From positions 1-46,059 of IMG/VR virus record IMGVR_UViG_3300042549_000862: a DNA stretch of 46,059 bases. One strand, 5' to 3'. Each line of letters begins with the position of its first letter. Position 1 is the first letter of the stretch. The notes beneath the pieces were generated by a model. It had not been told where the DNA came from and ran no database searches. It saw only the letters and a program-made list of their open reading frames with translations. This stretch comes from a virus. Its lineage: Duplodnaviria > Caudoviricetes. The position numbers were made by a program, and so were the translations under genes. Shown here one piece after another: positions 26,488-34,368 of this stretch.

Positions 26488-26494
26488 CCGAGTT
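26468..26494. repeat. Variant family A palindrome (copy 5)
   Basis: ATGTCGGTTAC-ACATC-GTAACCGAGTT; same spacing, symmetric changes in both arms, overlaps a stop codon. Confidence 0.6.
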
Positions 26495-26525
26495 TTATTT
26501 CCAACCACACTAAGGAGAACTAACC

Positions 26526-27515
26526 ATGTGCATACTCATTCATCATCCAGCTAACGTCGCGTTCAATGACGCTCTGTTGAACGACTTCTATTCATACAAC
26601 TCTGACGGCTTCGGTGCTATGTATGTCGAGAACGGCAGCATCGTCGTGGTCAAGACACTTGGCAAACCTGCCGAGATCAACACGCTCTACCGTGACACAC
26701 TGAAAGGTCGTGAGTGCATCATTCACTACCGCATGAAAACTCACGGCGACATTGATCTTGACAACTGCCATCCGTACAAGGTCACTGACGATCTGTGGAT
26801 GGCGCACAACGGCGTGCTGTCTATGGGTAACCCCATCGATCCCAAACGCTCTGACACATGGCACTTCATCGAGTACATCTTGAAGCCTGCCATGCTGCAC
26901 AACCCGAACATCATCCTTGACCCTGACTATCAGGCGTACATCGAGAAGATGATCGGCGCATCTAACAAGTTCGCTTTCCTGCACAGTAGCGGTGAGGTTG
27001 TCGTGCTCAACTACGATGCAGGCGTCGAGCATCAAGGCGCATGGCTGTCCAACACATACGCATGGTCAGCACACAAGCATGGTCATGGCCGTCGCTCTGC
27101 ATACACTGGCTACTACGGCGACAGCTATGGCACTGGCTACACGATGTATCCAACCAAGCACTCAAGCAAATCACTGACTGCATCATCACAGTACGACACA
27201 CGCGGCGCAGCGTACGGTGACTATGACTACGACGAGTACGACTACGAAGTGTACGACGTCAACGTCAAGCCCAAGAAGTTCAACATCGACAAGGTAGTCA
27301 AGGCTGCACACAACTGCTATCGCCGCGGTATGCACCAGCTTGTTGATTGGGTTGTCGCTGCACCGGACAAAGCAGAGTACCTGTTGATCGAGTGCTATGG
27401 CGAGAAGGAGCAAGGCGAGACACGCGAGCTAGTTGACTCTGACCCGGAGGAAGCAGCACGCTGGCTGTTCGAGGTGTTTGACAGCGGCAACCTTGACAAG
27501 TCTGTCGCTAACTAA
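26526..27515 (+). CDS. Class II (Ntn) glutamine amidotransferase
   Basis: N-terminal MC, NSDGFG, HYRMKTHG, NCHPY, HNGVL, SDT. Confidence 0.9.
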   Translation: MCILIHHPANVAFNDALLNDFYSYNSDGFGAMYVENGSIVVVKTLGKPAEINTLYRDTLKGRECIIHYRMKTHGDIDLDNCHPYKVTDDLWMAHNGVLSMGNPIDPKRSDTWHFIEYILKPAMLHNPNIILDPDYQAYIEKMIGASNKFAFLHSSGEVVVLNYDAGVEHQGAWLSNTYAWSAHKHGHGRRSAYTGYYGDSYGTGYTMYPTKHSSKSLTASSQYDTRGAAYGDYDYDEYDYEVYDVNVKPKKFNIDKVVKAAHNCYRRGMHQLVDWVVAAPDKAEYLLIECYGEKEQGETRELVDSDPEEAARWLFEVFDSGNLDKSVAN

Positions 27516-27524
27516 TTGTGCGGC

Positions 27525-27551
27525 AACTCGTGTACATGGTGTACACGAGTT
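27525..27551. repeat. 27-bp 11-5-11 palindrome, family A copy 6 (perfect arms)
   Basis: AACTCGTGTAC-ATGGT-GTACACGAGTT. Confidence 0.9.
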
Positions 27552-27569
27552 TTACTTTGGAGGTGTGAA

Positions 27570-27836
27570 ATGGATGACAGAGAAAAAACTTTGCAAATGA
27601 TGCACCGTCTGATGAAGGCAATCAAAACTAACGACGATGAGATCGAACCGTACATCGTTATACCTGCGCTGAACTACACGTTGGGCTATGTGTTGGGGCA
27701 AGCGTTGGAGGATGGCGTTGGCATGGACAAGCTGGCTGAGGTGTACGGTCAAGTCATCAGTGAGATTGACTACGCACGCAATACCGCTACCGCTGTTGTT
27801 GCTACCTATGACGCCATTGAGAAGGCGAGGCACTAG
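27570..27836 (+). CDS. Hypothetical protein
   Basis: MDDREKTLQ...; GGAGGT RBS; start reassigned from 27516. Confidence 0.7.
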   Translation: MDDREKTLQMMHRLMKAIKTNDDEIEPYIVIPALNYTLGYVLGQALEDGVGMDKLAEVYGQVISEIDYARNTATAVVATYDAIEKARH

Positions 27837-27876
27837 CCTCTCTTTTGACGGGTGTCATTCTCTTTTTGGGGGTTTT

Positions 27877-28011
27877 ATGCACGATGAAAATTTGTTGCGT
27901 GACGTTTGCGTAGTCGTGGTCGCGGTCATGGTTTTGATGATGACTGGTGCTGCGCTTGCGTACCTTGCGCTTGCTTTTGTACCGCCGTTCTGGCGGCTTT
28001 TATTCTTTTAG
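27877..28011 (+). CDS. Small single-TM membrane protein (44 aa)
   Basis: MHDENLLRDVCVVVVAVMVLMMTGAALAYLALAFVPPFWRLLFF. Confidence 0.5.
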   Translation: MHDENLLRDVCVVVVAVMVLMMTGAALAYLALAFVPPFWRLLFF

Positions 28012-28019
28012 GAGGCAGT

Positions 28020-28238
28020 ATGAACAGGAAAGTTAAACACGAATACACCGTACGCATCAAGGGCAAAGCTGACTTTGACAAAACCTTGAACGTGTTTGCC
28101 GATACCGTCGAGGACGCCATACATGCAGGACTTGATGCCATATCGCAACGTGACCTTGATAACTTTACCGTGGACACCATCCGGTTCCGCGTAGACCCAA
28201 CGGAGAACGCTGATGAGCGAGCTACAAGACCTGAGTAA
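28020..28238 (+). CDS. Hypothetical protein
   Basis: MNRKVKHEYTVRIKG...V.ADTVEDAI; AGGAGG RBS. Confidence 0.7.
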   Translation: MNRKVKHEYTVRIKGKADFDKTLNVFADTVEDAIHAGLDAISQRDLDNFTVDTIRFRVDPTENADERATRPE

Positions 28239-28446
28239 GGAAGACCTGATGACGATGGTGCAACAGCTAGAAGCGCAGCTAAACAGCATCGTCAAGGCAC
28301 TGGTAACGCATGGAGAACTCACGCGAGCCATCCTGCACGCCAACCACATAGTAGAAAACCTGCATGGCGAACCCACGATGGAGCAAGTGCGTGAGCTATG
28401 CCTAACCATTCAACACGCAGCGTCACGCGTAAGGAGCAGAGAATGA
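28213..28446 (+). CDS. Hypothetical protein
   Basis: 77 aa helical; GGAG RBS. Confidence 0.7.
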   Translation: MSELQDLSKEDLMTMVQQLEAQLNSIVKALVTHGELTRAILHANHIVENLHGEPTMEQVRELCLTIQHAASRVRSRE

Positions 28447-29069
28447 TTCTTGTAGAAACCAAAGTCAGCTACGACCGCAAAGCGCCCAACGCGAAGGTTG
28501 CCAACGCCAAGAGCGCGCTGTTCCGTGGCTACGTTTATCGGCACACGATGATGTGGGGCAGCGACGGCCTGCGCGTGCTGCCTGTGTCGTTGTGGTCTGA
28601 GTTTGCAGAAGGCGTGGACAGGTTCCAAGATAACCTGTCAGAATTCTGTAGCGTGGCGGTGCATTACCTGCCGTATCCAGACCGCAAGCCCTATGCCGAT
28701 CAGCCAGACTTGTTCGAGGCAACGAAGGACGAGCTACGGCGCAGGCGCAACATCATGTACACCGATGTGTGCCACAGGCTAGGGCTGGTGCTGGACGACT
28801 TGAACGAGGCGTTAAAAGCTGACTACGCAGGCGAGAGCAGCAAGCGTGGCCGCTTGTACCAGACCACGCTGACCGGCCTAACCCACGAGGTAAAGCTGTT
28901 TCGTGCGTTCAACGACGCAGCCTTCCAGAGTGACGCGTTAAGCCAGATACTCACTAACCTTGAGAAATTTAGTGACATGGATGTTGACGCGTTACGCAAG
29001 AAGTCTGATGTACGCCGTGAGGCGTGGCAAAGATCAATAGATATGTTGAATCTTTTGTCGAAAGCTTGA
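28443..29069 (+). CDS. Hypothetical protein, possibly a shortened DUF3150-like protein
   Basis: YVYRHTMMWGSDGLRVLP...DALRKKSDVRRE; AAGGAG RBS, ATGA coupling. Confidence 0.6.
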   Translation: MILVETKVSYDRKAPNAKVANAKSALFRGYVYRHTMMWGSDGLRVLPVSLWSEFAEGVDRFQDNLSEFCSVAVHYLPYPDRKPYADQPDLFEATKDELRRRRNIMYTDVCHRLGLVLDDLNEALKADYAGESSKRGRLYQTTLTGLTHEVKLFRAFNDAAFQSDALSQILTNLEKFSDMDVDALRKKSDVRREAWQRSIDMLNLLSKA

Positions 29070-29093
29070 CATGCAGTACCATATCTGTATTAT
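29056..29093 (+). promoter_or_regulatory. Sigma70-like promoter whose -35 lies in a family B palindrome (copy 2)
   Basis: TGTCGAAAGCTTGACA (29056-29071); TTGACA-16 nt-TATTAT. Confidence 0.55.
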
Positions 29094-29119
29094 CCACTCA
29101 CCAACCACAGGAGAACGTC

Positions 29120-29626
29120 ATGGCTAAAAAGCCCAAGACCCTTACCGTTGCAGATTTACCTCTGACCGTCCAATCCATGCTGGAGCGTGCTATACATACG
29201 CTAAAGCTCATCCACGCCAAGTCCGGCGTGGACTTTGTTATTCACTCCGAGAAGTACGGCATCTCGGAAGGCACGATTGACTTACGCAAAGCAGGCAAGC
29301 ACAAGCGTACCCGCCAGAGCAAGCTGCCTTATGGCACGCTGATCAATTACTACATGCCTTTCATTAAAGACCTGCAGCCTGACGATCTGGTGCAGATTCC
29401 AGTGGGTGACTTTGACGCAGGCGGTCTGCAAGGCGCTATCTCGGCAACCACATCAAAGATGTGGGGCAAGGGCGCAGCAAGCTGCGTGATGAGCGCAGAC
29501 AAGACCATGCTTGAGGTCTGGCGTTTGCCTGCCGGGGTAGAGAAGAGCAGCTTGCTCTCGCCCAGTAACAGCGGTAATCACAACCGCCAGACCGAGGGCG
29601 CGTTCCTGATGCCGCCTGATGATTAA
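29120..29626 (+). CDS. Hypothetical protein
   Basis: MAKKPKTL...; CCAACCACAGGAGA leader; start reassigned from 29024. Confidence 0.75.
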   Translation: MAKKPKTLTVADLPLTVQSMLERAIHTLKLIHAKSGVDFVIHSEKYGISEGTIDLRKAGKHKRTRQSKLPYGTLINYYMPFIKDLQPDDLVQIPVGDFDAGGLQGAISATTSKMWGKGAASCVMSADKTMLEVWRLPAGVEKSSLLSPSNSGNHNRQTEGAFLMPPDD

Positions 29627-29636
29627 GGATAGCTAG

Positions 29637-29945
29637 ATGAAGTGTAAATGCGGTGGTGCGTCCTATGTGACGCAGACAATGAAGCATGCAAGCGGCGGCG
29701 TTCTACGCCGTCGCAAGTGTTTTACTTGTGGTGGGAGGTTCTCGACGCTGGAGTCAATGCTTGAAGCGAAGAAGCCTGTTGTTCCTGTCAAGCCTGTTTA
29801 CACACCCATCGAAGCAGCGAAAGTTAAAGCAGAAAAGGTTGCGGCGCGTCGTAAGGCCGAGGACATTCAAGCCAAGCGACGCGACCGTGTGTCTATGTAC
29901 TACATCGAAGATGAAGACTTCGATAGAGGCAAATGGGGGCTGTAA
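29637..29945 (+). CDS. NrdR-like zinc-ribbon protein (no ATP-cone)
   Basis: MKCKCG...T...RRRKCFTCGGRFSTLE. Confidence 0.75.
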   Translation: MKCKCGGASYVTQTMKHASGGVLRRRKCFTCGGRFSTLESMLEAKKPVVPVKPVYTPIEAAKVKAEKVAARRKAEDIQAKRRDRVSMYYIEDEDFDRGKWGL

Positions 29946-30127
29946 TGCTCAAAGACGGAAAATTTATCAAGGAAGAACCGCCCAAGATCGGGAGGTTCTA
30001 TGTACCGAAGTTTAAAGAGGAAGACCACACGCCAGAGGAGCGCTTTGCACAGAGCTTGTTGCTTGAGCATCGTCAAGCAAATCAATCGTTCTTGTCGAAG
30101 TTCTTTGGCTTGATGCTTCGCATATAA
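29945..30127 (+). CDS. Small hypothetical protein
   Basis: MLKDGKFIKEEPPKIG...TPEERFAQSLLL; TAATG coupling. Confidence 0.65.
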   Translation: MLKDGKFIKEEPPKIGRFYVPKFKEEDHTPEERFAQSLLLEHRQANQSFLSKFFGLMLRI

Positions 30128-30130
30128 CTA

Positions 30131-31153
30131 ATGATTCAATTCCACAAATACTCTTCACCTGACGGCGATGCTGCTCGTATGGCAGCTATCGCTGCTCGTC
30201 AATTCTTCTGGGGTCAGCTCTCATGGGCTGACCTTCAGCCTCGCCTACCTCAAACTCTCCCGCCCAACTTCTTCTACGCGCAAGAGATCGTTGCATGTCT
30301 TGGCATGGAGCGCGCTTGCGCGTTCTACAACCTCTCCGACGAGCAATACTTCTTTCACCTCGGCTTCAACGACAACAACGACTTGCTGCCGTCGTTCATA
30401 CCCACTGGCACGATGGTCTATCAGCCACGCGACTCTGGCTTTTTCTCCGTGATTGAGAACATCATCGTTGCGTCGTACGTTGCGCGCCTGTCGAACAAGG
30501 CACTGGTGATTGACAACACATACAACTGGTGGGGCTACGAGGAAGCGTTCGGTGACATCTTCCGCAACACGTTTGGCTTTAACCTGCTCGACAAGCTACC
30601 CAACAACGCACAGGCTGTGCACTTCGAGTCCATGCGTGACTTTATCTTCAAGGGCAGCGAGGTGTACCTGCGCCAGTTCTATCAGTTCAAGGAAGCCAAG
30701 TACAAAGAGATCGAGAAAGACATCAGGCGCTACTACAAGGGCGACTTGTTTAACGTGTCGCGCTCTGGTCTGGTGTTCGTGCGGGGTGGCGACAAAGCGT
30801 ATGCGGAAGCGCCTGTGCAACCGTACGCCCACTACCTGCACGACATTGAGGCACTGGCTCGGCGTTGCTCACGCACAGTTGTGTTATCTGACCAGTGGGA
30901 ACTGGCACGCGACGTCAGCATGGGCACAACAGCTACCAACATCACGCCCATCGACCACATGGGCTATCACCACAAGTACGGAGAGAAAGTCTCGTGCTTG
31001 CCAATCCTGAAGAACTATCTCGCTATCGTGGACTGCCTTGAGAGCGTGTCATGTCCTTCAGCCAATCTCGTCAACGCTGCACATTGGACACGCAGCAACG
31101 ACACCTTTAACTACAACACCTACAACCCTGTCTATAGGTACGCATTGATATGA
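30131..31153 (+). CDS. Glycosyltransferase, GT23 (NodZ/FUT8 alpha-1,6-fucosyltransferase)-like
   Basis: SGFFS N-terminal motif; GLVFVRGGDKAYAEA (compare FUT8 GVHVRRTDKVGTEA); VVLSD; SANL. Confidence 0.6.
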   Translation: MIQFHKYSSPDGDAARMAAIAARQFFWGQLSWADLQPRLPQTLPPNFFYAQEIVACLGMERACAFYNLSDEQYFFHLGFNDNNDLLPSFIPTGTMVYQPRDSGFFSVIENIIVASYVARLSNKALVIDNTYNWWGYEEAFGDIFRNTFGFNLLDKLPNNAQAVHFESMRDFIFKGSEVYLRQFYQFKEAKYKEIEKDIRRYYKGDLFNVSRSGLVFVRGGDKAYAEAPVQPYAHYLHDIEALARRCSRTVVLSDQWELARDVSMGTTATNITPIDHMGYHHKYGEKVSCLPILKNYLAIVDCLESVSCPSANLVNAAHWTRSNDTFNYNTYNPVYRYALI

Positions 31154-32088
31154 ACGTCGTCGTACAAAACCATTACAGCTTCATCACGACCAACGGTTAC
31201 TTGTTCACGAGCAAGGAAAGCGACATTGGTTACAACCTGTTGAAGCCGTGGAACGATCTGTTCTTGGCGGCTGATGAGCGTGGCATCAAGATGTACACGC
31301 CTGATCAGTTCAATGAGAACGAAGCTGATCTGCTAATCCTGATGGATTACCCTAGCCAACCTGTGCCTGAATCCAAGCGCACGTTCTTTCTCATCTACGA
31401 ACCGGACATGTTGATTCCGAAGAACTGGAACAAGACTTTCCACGACCACTGCGACAAGGTGTTTACGTGGGATGACCGGCTGGTGGACAACCACAAGTAT
31501 TTCAAGCACAACTTTACGACCGACCTGCAAGACGCACGCCCACTGGAGCTAACGCGTGAACAGTTCATGCTGAGAAAGCCTATCGTGCTGATGCAAACGA
31601 GAAAGCAGAACGACCATCCGAACAGCCTGTACGGCAAGCGTGACAACATCATCAGGTTCTTTGAAGGCAAAGCGTCAGGCATGTTTGATTTGTGGGGCAG
31701 GAACTGGGGCGGCTTCCCATCATGGCGTGGCGCAGCGACGAACAAGCTGGAGGTGTTGAAGAACTACCGCTTCTGCATAGCGTTTGAGAACTGTAACCAT
31801 GCGCGTGGCTACATCACAGAGAAGATGCTGGACTGCCTGCTGGCAGGCGTTGTGCCTGTGTACTGGGGCGCGCCTAACGTGACTGACCACGTACCGGCTG
31901 AGTGCTTCATCGACATGCGCCGCTTTAAATTTTACGAAGACCTGCTGGAGTTCTTGAACGACATCACATACGACGACTACATGAAGTACATGGTAGCGAT
32001 GCACGACTACATTGCTTCACCGCAAGCGGAGCAGTTCTACAACACGCACTTCGTTGACATGATGATCAAACACATGGAGGCAGTGTGA
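31150..32088 (+). CDS. Glycosyltransferase family 10 (alpha-1,3-fucosyltransferase-like)
   Basis: KLEVLKNYRFCIAFEN...GYITEKMLDCLLAGVVPVYWGAPNV signature. Confidence 0.9.
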   Translation: MNVVVQNHYSFITTNGYLFTSKESDIGYNLLKPWNDLFLAADERGIKMYTPDQFNENEADLLILMDYPSQPVPESKRTFFLIYEPDMLIPKNWNKTFHDHCDKVFTWDDRLVDNHKYFKHNFTTDLQDARPLELTREQFMLRKPIVLMQTRKQNDHPNSLYGKRDNIIRFFEGKASGMFDLWGRNWGGFPSWRGAATNKLEVLKNYRFCIAFENCNHARGYITEKMLDCLLAGVVPVYWGAPNVTDHVPAECFIDMRRFKFYEDLLEFLNDITYDDYMKYMVAMHDYIASPQAEQFYNTHFVDMMIKHMEAV

Positions 32089-32849
32089 TAGACGGCAAGC
32101 CAACAATCATGATCGGCACACCGATGTACGGTGGTGCATCCTTCATGGAATACACAGACAGCCTGCTGCGCAACGTCAGCTTCTTGGAAAGCAAAGGCAT
32201 CAAAACGCGCTGGCAGTTCATGAACAAAGAGGCGCTGATTACCCGTGCGAGAAACGAGATCGTGCGGTACTTCTTGGACGAGACACGCGACGATTACCTG
32301 ATGTTCATCGACGCAGACATTTGGTTCCCCACGGATGCTATCTACCGCTTGCTGGAGCACAACAAATCTATCTGCTGCGGTGTGTATCCTAAAAAATTTC
32401 TATTTTGGGATCGTATCCGCGAAGCCGCGCTGCGCGGCGAGAAAGATATTGACAAGTTCGGTTGCAGCTACGTGCTAAACGCCGTGGCTGACGATGGCGA
32501 CAAAGTTCCTGTTGGTGACGACGGTCTGGTCGAGGTGCTGCATGGCGGCACAGGGTTCATGTTGATACACAGAGATGTGTTCAAGGCGCTGCGTTTCAAA
32601 GTGCCGACATACCGCACGTCTTTGATTACCAACCCAGCTAACGGTCAGTTCTTGGCGCCCTTAACACGAGAGTTCTTTGGCACGTCCATTACAGAGCTTG
32701 GCCTGTTGCTCTCCGAGGACTATCACTTCTGTGAACTGTGGAAGAAAGAAGGTGGACAGATACACGCCGACCCAACGATAGAACTGCGGCACGTGGGGCA
32801 GCATGTTTATGCAGGTGACCTGATGAGAGCAGGAAGGAACAACACATGA
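32085..32849 (+). CDS. GT-A fold glycosyltransferase (TPMYGG family), paralog 1
   Basis: GTPMYGG, LITRARN, FIDADI (DxD), GTGFMLI, LSEDYHFC, LRHVG. Confidence 0.85.
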   Translation: MIDGKPTIMIGTPMYGGASFMEYTDSLLRNVSFLESKGIKTRWQFMNKEALITRARNEIVRYFLDETRDDYLMFIDADIWFPTDAIYRLLEHNKSICCGVYPKKFLFWDRIREAALRGEKDIDKFGCSYVLNAVADDGDKVPVGDDGLVEVLHGGTGFMLIHRDVFKALRFKVPTYRTSLITNPANGQFLAPLTREFFGTSITELGLLLSEDYHFCELWKKEGGQIHADPTIELRHVGQHVYAGDLMRAGRNNT

Positions 32850-33565
32850 CGCTATCCGTAGCGGTAGTTACAAGCACACGCGGTCGTCCGCTGATTACGC
32901 AGGCGATTGAGAGCGTGAAGGCGCAAACACGAGAGGCACGGCATTATGTCTTCGCACACGGTAAAGATTGTTGGGACGCTGTATCGGCTTCTACAAAGGG
33001 CTGTGACGTTGATGTTGTTTATCTGCCTGCTGCCAACGGAGGTGGTGGTTATGGTATGGCTCCTGTCTTTGCTGCTTCTCCTTTCCTTGTAGATGAGGAC
33101 GTGATTTTCTATCTCGATGACGATAACTGGTACGAGCCAACGCACATCGAAGAACTGGTTGGTATGATCGAAGAGCACGGTCTTGGCTGGGCGTACAGCC
33201 TGCGCCGCATCGTTGACGCTGATGGCAACTGGATATGCGACGACAACTGCGAATCACTGGGGCTGCATCCCAACTCGCATGACCACTATCTTGTGGACAA
33301 CTCTTGCTACGCAGTGCGTAACGACGTGGCGAAAAAGTACAGCCATGAGTGGTATGTACCAGTGGTATCTGACAGGGCGTTCATGCGCGCACTGTGTCAG
33401 GCAAAGGTTCCGTGCGGCACTACAGGCAAGCACTCAGTCAACTACAGGTTATCGCGTGATGGCACAGGAGGCATGACAGCAGACAAGTTTCTAGGCAACA
33501 ACGCATACATGCGCAACAAGATGCCCGACTTTCCGTGGCTACAAAAATCCATCTTTAAATACTAG
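32846..33565 (+). CDS. Glycosyltransferase family 2
   Basis: VAVVTST.GR..I.QAIESV.AQT, FYLDDDNW.EP.H, VSDR. Confidence 0.85.
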   Translation: MTLSVAVVTSTRGRPLITQAIESVKAQTREARHYVFAHGKDCWDAVSASTKGCDVDVVYLPAANGGGGYGMAPVFAASPFLVDEDVIFYLDDDNWYEPTHIEELVGMIEEHGLGWAYSLRRIVDADGNWICDDNCESLGLHPNSHDHYLVDNSCYAVRNDVAKKYSHEWYVPVVSDRAFMRALCQAKVPCGTTGKHSVNYRLSRDGTGGMTADKFLGNNAYMRNKMPDFPWLQKSIFKY

Positions 33566-33573
33566 GAGCAAGC

Positions 33574-34368
33574 ATGACCAAGCTATTCATAGCCACGCCG
33601 ATGTATGGAGGCCAAAACTATGGCTACTTCAATCAGTCCATGTTACAACTGCAAGCGTTGATGGGACAGAACGGCATCAACACCGCTGTGTCGTACCTGT
33701 TTAACGAGTCGCTCATTCAGCGTGCGCGCAACGCACTGGCGCACGGCTTCATGCGTACTGACTTTACGCACATGATGTTCATTGACTCAGACATCCGGTT
33801 CAACCCGCAGGATGTGCTGCGCATGATTCACGCAGACAAGCCGATTATCTGTGGCATCTATCCCAAGAAGGAGATCAACTGGGAGCAGGTGAGAAAGGCT
33901 GCAATAGCTGGCGTACCCGCAGAGAAGCTAAAGCTTTACTCTGGCTCGTTCGTGGTCAACTTGGTTGGCTACGCTGGTCAGGTGCAGGTCAACCTGAATG
34001 AGCCTGTTGAGATATGGAACGGTGGCACTGGCTTCATGCTGATCAAGCGTGAGGTTTTCGAGCAACTGAAAGATAAGCTGCCTAGCTACATCAACGACAC
34101 GAACGATCTGAACGGCAGCATCGGCAACGAGCGCATCGTCGAGTACTTCGCAACCAGCATCGAGCCTATTGGCGAGCGCCTGCTCTCCGAGGACTACCAC
34201 TTCTGCAAGATGTGGCGTGAGAAGTGCGGTGGTCAGGTCTGGGCTGCACCGTGGGCGCAGCTTGGTCACATCGGCACACACATCTTCGACGGCGTGTTGA
34301 TGCCTCCGCCTGAAGATTACGTCAAGCAAGAACAACCTGCAGCACTGCCAGAACGGACGCCTGTATGA
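33574..34368 (+). CDS. GT-A fold glycosyltransferase (TPMYGG family), paralog 2
   Basis: ATPMYGG, ESLIQRARN, FIDSDI, GTGFMLI, LSEDYHFC, LGHIG. Confidence 0.85.
   Translation: MTKLFIATPMYGGQNYGYFNQSMLQLQALMGQNGINTAVSYLFNESLIQRARNALAHGFMRTDFTHMMFIDSDIRFNPQDVLRMIHADKPIICGIYPKKEINWEQVRKAAIAGVPAEKLKLYSGSFVVNLVGYAGQVQVNLNEPVEIWNGGTGFMLIKREVFEQLKDKLPSYINDTNDLNGSIGNERIVEYFATSIEPIGERLLSEDYHFCKMWREKCGGQVWAAPWAQLGHIGTHIFDGVLMPPPEDYVKQEQPAALPERTPV

Noticed and set aside
22343-27551. 27-bp palindromic repeats as a CRISPR array or as dif/attC sites
   Set aside because: Spacing is irregular (hundreds of bp to ~1.8 kb) with whole genes between copies; no cas operon or tyrosine recombinase in the window; the spacer is 5 bp, not the 6 bp of dif, and the arms do not resemble XerC/D sites
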